A stretch of DNA of 35,657 bases. Source: Verrucomicrobiota bacterium (GTDB lineage: Bacteria; Verrucomicrobiota; Verrucomicrobiia; Verrucomicrobiales; V1-33). Position numbers and translations under genes: made by a program. The notes under the pieces were generated by a model. It was not told the DNA's origin. It was given only the letters and a program-made list of their open reading frames with translations, and searched no databases. Location: contig JANNVM010000021.1 in the NCBI GenBank assembly GCA_031414455.1, forward strand, positions 1-35,657. The letters run 5' to 3'. The stretch's first letter is position 1; each line of letters starts with the position of its first letter. Shown piece after piece: positions 17,595 through 25,001 of the stretch.

Positions 17595-19208
17595 TCACTG
17601 CCACCAGCGGTACTCGTGCCCGAGGTTGTCGTCGGTGATGGCGTCCACTCCTGCAGCTTTACAGGGTCCTTCAAGCTGAGCACGGTTGCGCAGACGATAA
17701 TCGCCGAGGTCGGCGGCGTTTTCGTAAAGCGCCGAGAAGACCGGATCCGTGATCAGTTCCGCGGGCTCGCGTCCGGGCGTCCTGCCGAGGGTCAGCATGC
17801 GCTGAAGCCTTCGCTGATCGTCGGGATTGACGGGATCAAAGACCGGTTGGCCATCAATGCGGTAATTCTCCAGCACGCTCTTCCAGCGGTCGGTATCCCA
17901 CTGCGGCTCGCCGTTCCAGATGACGATGTTGTTCAGCAGAAGCATGACGTGATCGAACACCTCCAGAGCCGTCTGATGTACGCGGAGCGACCCGGTGGCA
18001 TTATACTGAAACACACCGCCGGGCTTCAGGTGCTTCGCGGCGAGTTGCAGGTATTCGCGGCTGAGCAAATTGCTCGCGTACTCGCGATAGTGCTGGGTGG
18101 TGTTCATCAGTATGGCGTCAAACTTCCGGTCCGGATTCCGCTCCAGCCAGCGCCGGCCGTCATCAATGATGATCTCCACTTTGGGGTTTGTCAGCAGACT
18201 GGAGACGGCGGGATGTGCGGCAATGACCTCCTTGTAACTGTGGTTGATCTCCACGCAGGTCACCCGCTTCACCTGCGGATTCGCCGCAGTGATCTGCGCC
18301 CACGCCCCGCCACTGAGGCCGATGACGAGCACCTCCTCCGGATTCGGATGCATCGCGGAAAGCGCGTAGGCGCGCGCCAGCCAGGCATTCCGCACCGGAG
18401 AGGTATCCACAACGCCATCGTAACTGCCCCCGCCGAAAATGCGGTTGTCCCTGTCTATGGTAATGACTCCGCTCCGGCTCTCCACAATCTGGACAAAGTC
18501 ATTCCCGCGGCCCCACGGGTGGTCTTCCTGCATGCGTTCCCAGAATTGCCAGTAGAGCGCCGGAGTGAGTGCGGCACCCGCGGCGAGCACGATCGCGCCG
18601 CGCATGAGCGACTGTCGGCTGCGCCCGCTCAGCACCACGTAAATCACGACGGCCATCACCAGCAGGAGAAACGAAATCCAGCGCAGCGGGACGTATTCCA
18701 TCAGGACGAATCCCGTGAGCAGACTGCCCGCTCCGCTGCCGACGATATTGGCGAGGTAGAGTTTGGAAAGCCGCGAGCCGACCTTCGCATCGGGCGGCAC
18801 CGCAAAGTGACAGATCAGCGGCAGCAGCGTGCCCAGCCATGCGGCGGCGATGCCGACCAGCGGATACGACCAGTACCACGCATGAGTGCCGGGTTCGAAC
18901 GAAGTGCGCAGGGCCGCAATCCATGACACTGCCGGCGCGACGAGGAAGCCGGCGACGTTGGCCCACAGCACAAGCCGCGCGACACTCCCGCTCTGCTCTG
19001 CCGGCGTGCCGTTTTCAAACTTTCTCTGTGCACGGATGCTCCACAACGAGCCCAGCGCAAGGCCCAGCAGGTAACTGCAGAGCATTCCAGCGAACGCATA
19101 GGCCCGGGTCGCGGAGAGAAAATAATACAGCCGGATCCAGATCAGTTCCAGACTCAGCGCGATGAACCCCGTGAGGGCGACGAGGAGTGCGGCGGCGCGA
19201 TAACTCAT
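17595..19208 (-). CDS. membrane protein with C-terminal spermidine-synthase-like (AdoMet-MTase fold) domain
   Basis: Start set at ATG 19208 (MSYRAAALLVALTG...), which overlaps the upstream stop as ATGA. N-terminal TM region LSLELIWIRLYYFLSATRAYAFAGMLCSYLLGLALGS. PABS-like blocks are EEVLVIGLSGGAWAQ and FDAILMNTT...LKPGGVFQYN. Confidence 0.85.
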   Translation of the reverse strand: MSYRAAALLVALTGFIALSLELIWIRLYYFLSATRAYAFAGMLCSYLLGLALGSLWSIRAQRKFENGTPAEQSGSVARLVLWANVAGFLVAPAVSWIAALRTSFEPGTHAWYWSYPLVGIAAAWLGTLLPLICHFAVPPDAKVGSRLSKLYLANIVGSGAGSLLTGFVLMEYVPLRWISFLLLVMAVVIYVVLSGRSRQSLMRGAIVLAAGAALTPALYWQFWERMQEDHPWGRGNDFVQIVESRSGVITIDRDNRIFGGGSYDGVVDTSPVRNAWLARAYALSAMHPNPEEVLVIGLSGGAWAQITAANPQVKRVTCVEINHSYKEVIAAHPAVSSLLTNPKVEIIIDDGRRWLERNPDRKFDAILMNTTQHYREYASNLLSREYLQLAAKHLKPGGVFQYNATGSLRVHQTALEVFDHVMLLLNNIVIWNGEPQWDTDRWKSVLENYRIDGQPVFDPVNPDDQRRLQRMLTLGRTPGREPAELITDPVFSALYENAADLGDYRLRNRAQLEGPCKAAGVDAITDDNLGHEYRWWQ

Positions 19209-19840
19209 GCGGCCCTCCTTTCCTTCATCCAGTTCAGGAGCATCAGGAGAGCGGCAAGTCCGTTGAGTGCCGCCGCGATCAAAACCGTCTGCTTCATGCC
19301 GAAAAACGTCAGACACACCAGCGCCGCCACGACACCGCCCGCGGCCGCGCCGAGGGTATTCACAAAATACAGCCAGCTAACGCTCCGTCCCACATTCTTC
19401 ATGCTGCGAACATGATGCGTCACCAGGAGCGGCAGGGTGCTCCCCATGAACAGCGTTGGCACCAGCAGCAGGGCAAAACAGACGAAGCCCGTCTGCCAGA
19501 TGCTGCCGCCACTCACGGCGCGTCCCGCCGCGTGGAAGACATCCAGCGACACCATGCCGCACGCGCCAATGGCAAACTCCGCCACACTGAATGCGAGCAG
19601 CAGCGGAATGCGCGCATTCTCCGACACCCACCCGCCGGCCAGACTGCCGATTCCCAGTCCGACCATAAACGAACTCACGACGATGGCGGCGCTCTCCACG
19701 TTGCTCCCGAAAATGGTGAGCAGCGCCCGCTGCCAAACGAGCTGATAGATCAGCGCCGAGACGCCGCTGAGAAAGAAGATGGCGTAGAGCACCGGTCGCG
19801 AGACGGTGAAGGGCGCAGCGGGGGGCAGGGTTGCTTCCAT
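19205..19840 (-). CDS. polytopic membrane protein resembling the N-terminal MFS-like module of fused MFS/spermidine-synthase proteins
   Basis: 211 aa and hydrophobic throughout. FFLSGVSALIYQLVWQRALLTIFGSNVESAAIVVSSFMVGLGIGSLAGG resembles the motif at the start of the next gene. Its stop TGA overlaps the next ATG by 4 nt. Confidence 0.8.
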   Translation of the reverse strand: MEATLPPAAPFTVSRPVLYAIFFLSGVSALIYQLVWQRALLTIFGSNVESAAIVVSSFMVGLGIGSLAGGWVSENARIPLLLAFSVAEFAIGACGMVSLDVFHAAGRAVSGGSIWQTGFVCFALLLVPTLFMGSTLPLLVTHHVRSMKNVGRSVSWLYFVNTLGAAAGGVVAALVCLTFFGMKQTVLIAAALNGLAALLMLLNWMKERRAA

Positions 19841-19850
19841 AGAATAATGC

Positions 19851-21026
19851 TCAAAAATCTCCGGTTACGAGTTGCTGATAGCGCGCGCCCTCCGGCGCAA
19901 GCGTCGCCACAGATCCACTGCCGCCGAGGTGATTGCGGGTGTTCCACGAATGATAGCCGGGCGACGGCTTCACCCACACGACGGCGGGCACGGCGCAGGG
20001 CTCCCCGTCCGGCACAATCGCAAGCGGGACGCCGGCGGAGTTATAGCTGACCTCCCATGAAGAAGCGGATTCGCCAGGCCGGCGAAGGAAGGGGTAACGC
20101 CGGGCTATCTCCAGCTCCCGGCCGGTCTTGTTAGGGATGCGCACTTTATAATAAGGGGCCGAGGATTTGAGGAAATCGGCGGGTGTCAGGCCCGGATCGG
20201 CGCGTGCGGCTGTCAGAAAGGCAGCGACATCGAGGCCGATGAGGTTGTGGCCGTGCCAGTTGCCGTTGGGATTTCCCAGCTTGTAGTGCTTCCCGTAATA
20301 GTCGTTGAATCGGTCACTGAGCAGAAGACAAAGTTCCAGATGAACGTGCGAGCGGCGGCGGTCAATCCCGTCGCCGGTGTGGCCCATGAGCGCGACGGGG
20401 GTGCCGCGTTTCACGGCGGTGCCGGCGGTGACGTCCATGCGGCGGAGGTGCGCATAAAGACTGTAGAAACTCCCGCAGTCCTCGCCGCAGGGGTGCTCGA
20501 TGACGAGGTAATTGCCGTAATTGCTCGCGGCGTTTGCCGAGACAAAGACGACCGTGCCGTCAGCGATGGCGTGAATCGTGTCGAGCGGCTCGCCTGCGGC
20601 ATCGCGCTCCACCGGGCCAATGTCGATGCCTTCATGGAACCTTGTGAAGACTTCGCCATTCGCGGTGTTGCGCGGATTCCTCACATAACCGTATGCCCCG
20701 CCCTGCCAAACCTGCGATACCTTCCCGCCGGGGCTGTAGCGGTCCACGAACATGTAGAAGGCTCCGGGGTCGTCCCGGAACAGCGCATCGTTCTTCGTCG
20801 GCAACTGGAAGACCGGTCCGGTCCGGCGGGGACTGCGCAAAGGGACCCTCGATTCCACCAGGGAGTTGGGCGCGTCCGCCTGAAGCACCGGCGGTGCGGG
20901 TGGAGGCAGCGGCGCTTCTATCAATTCCGGAGCAGCCGGGGGAGCGGCGGTCAGGGGGGCATCCCTGCCGCAGCCCGCCGGCAGCGCACAGAGGGCAAGG
21001 AGCAATGCGGAGCGTGAAGCCGTCAT
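19851..21026 (-). CDS. M23 family metallopeptidase lipoprotein (LytM-type)
   Basis: 391 aa. Lipobox ALPAGC. HxxxD motif FHEGIDIG. YSLYAHL and the HxH motif SHVHLEL. Confidence 0.88.
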   Translation of the reverse strand: MTASRSALLLALCALPAGCGRDAPLTAAPPAAPELIEAPLPPPAPPVLQADAPNSLVESRVPLRSPRRTGPVFQLPTKNDALFRDDPGAFYMFVDRYSPGGKVSQVWQGGAYGYVRNPRNTANGEVFTRFHEGIDIGPVERDAAGEPLDTIHAIADGTVVFVSANAASNYGNYLVIEHPCGEDCGSFYSLYAHLRRMDVTAGTAVKRGTPVALMGHTGDGIDRRRSHVHLELCLLLSDRFNDYYGKHYKLGNPNGNWHGHNLIGLDVAAFLTAARADPGLTPADFLKSSAPYYKVRIPNKTGRELEIARRYPFLRRPGESASSWEVSYNSAGVPLAIVPDGEPCAVPAVVWVKPSPGYHSWNTRNHLGGSGSVATLAPEGARYQQLVTGDF

Positions 21027-21052
21027 GCAGGAGGGGAATGCGGAGCAGCCTC

Positions 21053-21562
21053 TCAGGCGGATTTCTTTTTCTTCTTCGGCTTCTCGTCTTCTCCGGGCAC
21101 ACCGCTGTCGAGCCTTGTCAGCTTCTTGCTGAACAGTTTGATATCCTCCGGCCCGAGTCCTCCCCAGACGATGAAGTATCCATCCTCGCGGGCACGGTCC
21201 ACACGGATGATGTCGATCGCCCGCCCGTTGACGATCGTGCGGGCGAGCCGGCTTTGATTGAGACTAACCATGATCTGCATGGCCCGCCGGCCCTCATCGT
21301 TCAATCGAAGCGCCACCCCGTAGGAGGCTCCGTCCTCGGCGACGAAGGCATGAAACGCCTCGAAGTGCCGCGTCACCACTTCCGGAGAAATGCGAAAGAA
21401 GTATTCCTTCCCGTTGATCACGTTGGGCCGCACCATTTTCGGGCCGTCGGTCTGGTCACCCTCCACATGGATGCCAATATAAGCCGCGGCGGATTTGCCG
21501 CCGCCATGGGCGGGCTGGGAGAAAAGGAGTGTAGAAAAGAGGAAGGCGAGGACAGCTCTCAT
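21053..21562 (-). CDS. secreted hypothetical protein (169 aa) with Lys-rich tail
   Basis: Start trimmed to ATG 21562 (MRAVLAFLFSTLLFSQPAHG, a signal peptide). The body faintly resembles a SecD/SecF P1-head fold pattern (LARTIVNGRAIDIIRV...). The C-terminus is EDEKPKKKKKSA. Confidence 0.7.
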   Translation of the reverse strand: MRAVLAFLFSTLLFSQPAHGGGKSAAAYIGIHVEGDQTDGPKMVRPNVINGKEYFFRISPEVVTRHFEAFHAFVAEDGASYGVALRLNDEGRRAMQIMVSLNQSRLARTIVNGRAIDIIRVDRAREDGYFIVWGGLGPEDIKLFSKKLTRLDSGVPGEDEKPKKKKKSA

Positions 21563-21683
21563 GGGCGCGACTGAAAAGGCGGAGCCGGGAAATGCAAAGG
21601 GGAACGCGGGCGGTCTCCGCTTCACTCCCGCTGCATGGGTGTCCCTCGCTGCGCCCCGCGGCGCATTCGCCGGTATCCCTGCG

Positions 21684-22481
21684 CTAAGTCCCCGTCAACC
21701 CTTCAAGGTAGAGGCTGACGCCGATGAGGTCTTTGGCCTCCAGCACCGTGGGCTCGTCCATGATACGCGACAGGAGATCGCGGTCGGACAGGATCCACAC
21801 TTCCTCTTCTGCGTCTTCAGGGCCCGGCTTGATGCTCCAGCCCGGAAACACCACGGCCGCCTGCACCGGTACCGTTTCCATGCCGGCCGCGGCGAGCCCC
21901 TCGTAGAGCGCACGCGCGGCGCTGCGGGCCTGACCGACCGGGTCCGCGAGGATCTTGTGCCCGCCGATGAGCAGCGCATCGCCTTCGCCGCGCACGATCG
22001 TTTCCCTAAGATTGCCGCCGCGCGCGATAAAGCGCGGAATGAGAGTGACCAGTCCGCCTGGTCCGGCGAGCACCGAACCGAGCAGGTGTCCCCGCCTGTC
22101 CACGATTCCATCAAAAAGCAGCCAGCCGCGGCCGCAGATTTCTTCGATGGCATTCCGGAGGTTTTGTCGCGCCTGCTGCTCGCGCCGGAGCACAGAAATC
22201 TGACGCCAGATGAAGAAGATGCGCAGCGCGGCATATCCTGCCAGGCACACCGCGACAAAACTGAAGAGCACCGGCTGCGGTTGGGTTTGAAATCTCCAGC
22301 GGGCGATCTCCATTCCGGCAAGCACCATCACGACGAGCGTGATGATGGCATATTCCGCGATGCGCCCTGAGAGCGCCGCCTGACGCTCCCTGGTACCGGA
22401 ATCGTCGAAAAGTGAGAGCCGGGGATGGAGGACCTCGGAAAGCAGCCGGCGAGTGGGAGTAGTTTCGAGGGGTGTGAGCAC
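21684..22481 (-). CDS. two-TM membrane protein with a NERD-like (nuclease-related) C-terminal domain; start uncertain
   Basis: The ORF is open from 22820. The first ATG (22625) would overlap the divergent FKBP start, so GTG 22481 is chosen, with TTG 22580 as an alternative. TM segments are YAIITLVVMVLAGM and VLFSFVAVCLAGYAALRIFFIW. The NERD-like core is GWLLFDGIVDRRGHLLGSVLAGPGGLVTLIPRF. Stop TAG. Confidence 0.6.
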   Translation of the reverse strand: MLTPLETTPTRRLLSEVLHPRLSLFDDSGTRERQAALSGRIAEYAIITLVVMVLAGMEIARWRFQTQPQPVLFSFVAVCLAGYAALRIFFIWRQISVLRREQQARQNLRNAIEEICGRGWLLFDGIVDRRGHLLGSVLAGPGGLVTLIPRFIARGGNLRETIVRGEGDALLIGGHKILADPVGQARSAARALYEGLAAAGMETVPVQAAVVFPGWSIKPGPEDAEEEVWILSDRDLLSRIMDEPTVLEAKDLIGVSLYLEGLTGT

Positions 22482-22596
22482 GCGGGGGACGTTATGGGAG
22501 AAGCCCCGGGCGCGCCAGCAGAAATGCCGGGGAGGAAAGTTGACGCCGCGGGGGCCGTCATTTACTCTCGCCGCCCGCAACCGGTCCGGAATCTGT

Positions 22597-22623
22597 CCCC
22601 ACCCACCCACCCACCCACACCCC
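22597..22623. repeat. (CCCA)n / (TGGG)n tetranucleotide tract immediately 5' of the FKBP ATG
   Basis: The plus strand is CCCCACCCACCCACCCACCCACACCCC. The minus strand is GGGGTGTGGGTGGGTGGGTGGGTGGGG, with six G-runs of 3 or more, most separated by a single T. Confidence 0.95.
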
Positions 22624-23736
22624 ATGAAATTATCCCTCACCACTCTCACCCTCACCGCGGGCCTCGCCGCGCTGACGCTCTGCGCGCAGGAGACGCCGCC
22701 ACCCGCCGCGCCTCCGGCTTCGCCGCCACCGGGGGCTCCCCCCGCACCGCCGGCTCCCGGCTCACCGGGCCTGCTCCCGCCGCCGGATGCCCCGCCGGCC
22801 GACCTGCCCGACGGCTTCACGTCCGAGAAGGAACGTCAGAGTTACGCGCTGGGCTCGTTTTTCGCGACGCGGGAAAAGAGCGCCGCCGCCGCCGGCGGCA
22901 TCCCCGTACCAAACGTTGAAGAATTAGCGACTGGTCTTAAGGATGTGCTCAGCGGCGGAAAATCCCCGGACTACGCCATCGGTGCCCACCTCGGCGTGCA
23001 GATTCGCCGCGCTGAAGTGGATGTGGACATCGAGGTTCTCCTCCAGGCGGTGCGCGAAGCCCTCACCGGTCAGCCGCCGAAGCTCAACCCTCAGCAGCAG
23101 CAAATGGTGATGCAGCGCATTCAGTCGGAGCTCACCGGCCGCATGGAACAGAAGAAGAAGGTCGAATCTGAAAAGACCCTCGCCGTCTCCAACGAATTCC
23201 TCGCCGGCAACGCCAAAGCCGACGGCGTGAAACAAACGCCCAGCGGCCTGCAGTATAAAATCGAAAAGGAAGGCGAAGGCAAATCCGTCACGGAGGGAGA
23301 CATCGTTACCCTCACTTATACGGCCACCCTGCTGGACGGGAAAGAGTTAGAGAAGAGCCCGCCGGCCGGCCCGGCCCGCAAGCCTGTCCGGGCTCTGCCG
23401 AAGGGCGTTCAGGAGGGCCTGGCGCTCATCAAGACCGGCGGCAAAGCGAGGTTCTGGTTGCCGCCGTCGCTCGGTTATGGCGAAAACGGCCGGATGCCCG
23501 CCATTAAAGGAAACGCGGTGCTGGTGTATGAGGTGGAACTGGTCGCCGCCGAGCCGGCGCCCAAACCGGCCGCCTCCGTGACGCAGCCAGCGAGGCCACC
23601 GGTCACCGCCGTGACCCCACCGATCACCGTGGAAATTCCACCAAAGGAAGGCGGCCAACCCGCCCCCGCTCCAAAGCCGGTCGATCCTCCAAAGCCCGCC
23701 GCCGCCCCGCCCGCCGCCCCTGGAGACAACAAATAG
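22624..23736 (+). CDS. Mip-like FKBP-type peptidyl-prolyl isomerase with Pro-rich N- and C-terminal extensions
   Basis: Start trimmed to ATG 22624 (MKLSLTTLTLTAGLAALTLCAQE, a signal peptide). FKBP C-domain pattern GLQYKIEKEGEGKSVTEGDIVTLTYTATLLDGKE ... FWLPPSLGYGENG ... LVYEVELV. The core is divergent, with no FDSS block. Stop TAG. Confidence 0.85.
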   Translation: MKLSLTTLTLTAGLAALTLCAQETPPPAAPPASPPPGAPPAPPAPGSPGLLPPPDAPPADLPDGFTSEKERQSYALGSFFATREKSAAAAGGIPVPNVEELATGLKDVLSGGKSPDYAIGAHLGVQIRRAEVDVDIEVLLQAVREALTGQPPKLNPQQQQMVMQRIQSELTGRMEQKKKVESEKTLAVSNEFLAGNAKADGVKQTPSGLQYKIEKEGEGKSVTEGDIVTLTYTATLLDGKELEKSPPAGPARKPVRALPKGVQEGLALIKTGGKARFWLPPSLGYGENGRMPAIKGNAVLVYEVELVAAEPAPKPAASVTQPARPPVTAVTPPITVEIPPKEGGQPAPAPKPVDPPKPAAAPPAAPGDNK

Positions 23737-23767
23737 CCGGAGCGATCCCGCGACAACAATTCCCGCG

Positions 23768-23805
23768 ACAGGCGGCGTGGTGCTCACGCCGCCTGTTTTC
23801 TTTCC
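23768..23805 (+). terminator. intrinsic terminator after the FKBP gene, ending 4-5 nt before the bioF ATG
   Basis: ACAGGCGGCGTG (23768-23779) pairs perfectly with CACGCCGCCTGT (23785-23796), 12 bp, loop GTGCT. It is followed by TTTCTTTCC. Confidence 0.6.
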
Positions 23806-23808
23806 ATC

Positions 23809-24981
23809 ATGCGCCCTTTCGCCGACGAACTCGACGCCCTGCGGGGCGCTTCCCTTTTCCGCTCGCTGCGCACCCTGGAGGGTCCTCAACAGCCGCGCGT
23901 GAAGGCCGGTATCCGTGAGTTCTGCAACTTTTCGTCCAACGATTATCTGGGGCTCGCGTCATCGCCGGAGGTGAAGGAAGCCCTCATCCGCGGTGTTGAG
24001 AAATGGGGCGCAGGCTCCGGGGCCTCACGACTTGTCTGCGGCACGCAACGGCCGCACGCGGAACTCGAAGAAGTGCTCGCCTCCTTCAAAGGCACGGAAG
24101 CCGCGCTCACTTTCGCCACCGGCTATGCCGCGGCCACCGGCACGCTTGGGGCGCTGCTTCAGCGCGGCGATGCCGTGATCCTCGATAAGCTCTGCCACGC
24201 GAGTCTCATCGACGGGGCGCGGCTCAGCGGTGCCACGCTGCGCGTTTTCCCTCACAACAACATGGAACGGCTCGCCCACCTCCTGCAATGGGCCCGCAAC
24301 ACCACGGGACCTGACGCCCGCATCATCGTTGTGACCGAGAGTATCTTCAGTATGGACGGTGATCTTGCAGACCTGGAAGCGATCGTTCCGCTCAAGGACG
24401 AATACGGGGCGCTGCTCATGCTCGACGAAGCGCACGCCTTTGGGATCACCGGGACCGGCGGCCGCGGACTCGCGGAAGCAACCGGCCTTGCGCCGCGGGT
24501 GGACATTCACATGGGCACGCTGAGTAAAGCGGCGGGACTTCACGGCGGCTATGTCTGCGGATCGCGTGAACTCATTGACCTCCTCATCAACCGCGCGCGC
24601 AGTTTTATCTATTCCACTGCTCCGCCGCCCGCCGTCGCCGCCGCCGCGTGCCATGTCATCCGTCACCTCCTTCCGGGTGACTGCGGTGAATCACGCCGCT
24701 CCGCGCTCCGCAGTCTCCTCACGCTTTTCGCGGAAAAACTGAAGCTGCCGGACACACCGGTGAGCGCCATCATCCCGGTCATCACCGGCGGTGAACAGGC
24801 CGCCGTCGAAAGCAGCGCCCGGCTCCTTGAAGCGGGCTTCCTCATTCCCGCCATCCGCTTTCCGACCGTAGCCCGCGGCCGCGCCCGGCTCCGCGTGACT
24901 CTCACCGCGGCGCATGACGCGGAGGATGTCGTCTCGCTGGCGGCGGCGCTCGGGCAAATGACGAGGAGACCGGAGGGATGA
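23809..24981 (+). CDS. bioF: 8-amino-7-oxononanoate synthase
   Basis: 390 aa. FSSNDYLGLASSPEV, and the PLP-lysine block MGTLSKAAGLHGGYVCG. Alpha-oxoamine synthase pattern throughout. Confidence 0.92.
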   Translation: MRPFADELDALRGASLFRSLRTLEGPQQPRVKAGIREFCNFSSNDYLGLASSPEVKEALIRGVEKWGAGSGASRLVCGTQRPHAELEEVLASFKGTEAALTFATGYAAATGTLGALLQRGDAVILDKLCHASLIDGARLSGATLRVFPHNNMERLAHLLQWARNTTGPDARIIVVTESIFSMDGDLADLEAIVPLKDEYGALLMLDEAHAFGITGTGGRGLAEATGLAPRVDIHMGTLSKAAGLHGGYVCGSRELIDLLINRARSFIYSTAPPPAVAAAACHVIRHLLPGDCGESRRSALRSLLTLFAEKLKLPDTPVSAIIPVITGGEQAAVESSARLLEAGFLIPAIRFPTVARGRARLRVTLTAAHDAEDVVSLAAALGQMTRRPEG

Positions 24982-25001
24982 TGCGAATTCAGCAACGAAC
25001 G

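Noticed and set aside
19205-19316. An apparent frameshift or pseudogene: ORFs 19205..19840 and 17595..19316 overlap by 112 nt in different frames.
   Set aside because: ATG 19208 overlaps the upstream TGA as ATGA and yields a sensible N-terminus (MSYRAAALLVALTG...). Two translationally coupled genes is the simpler reading. An indel cannot be fully excluded without reads.
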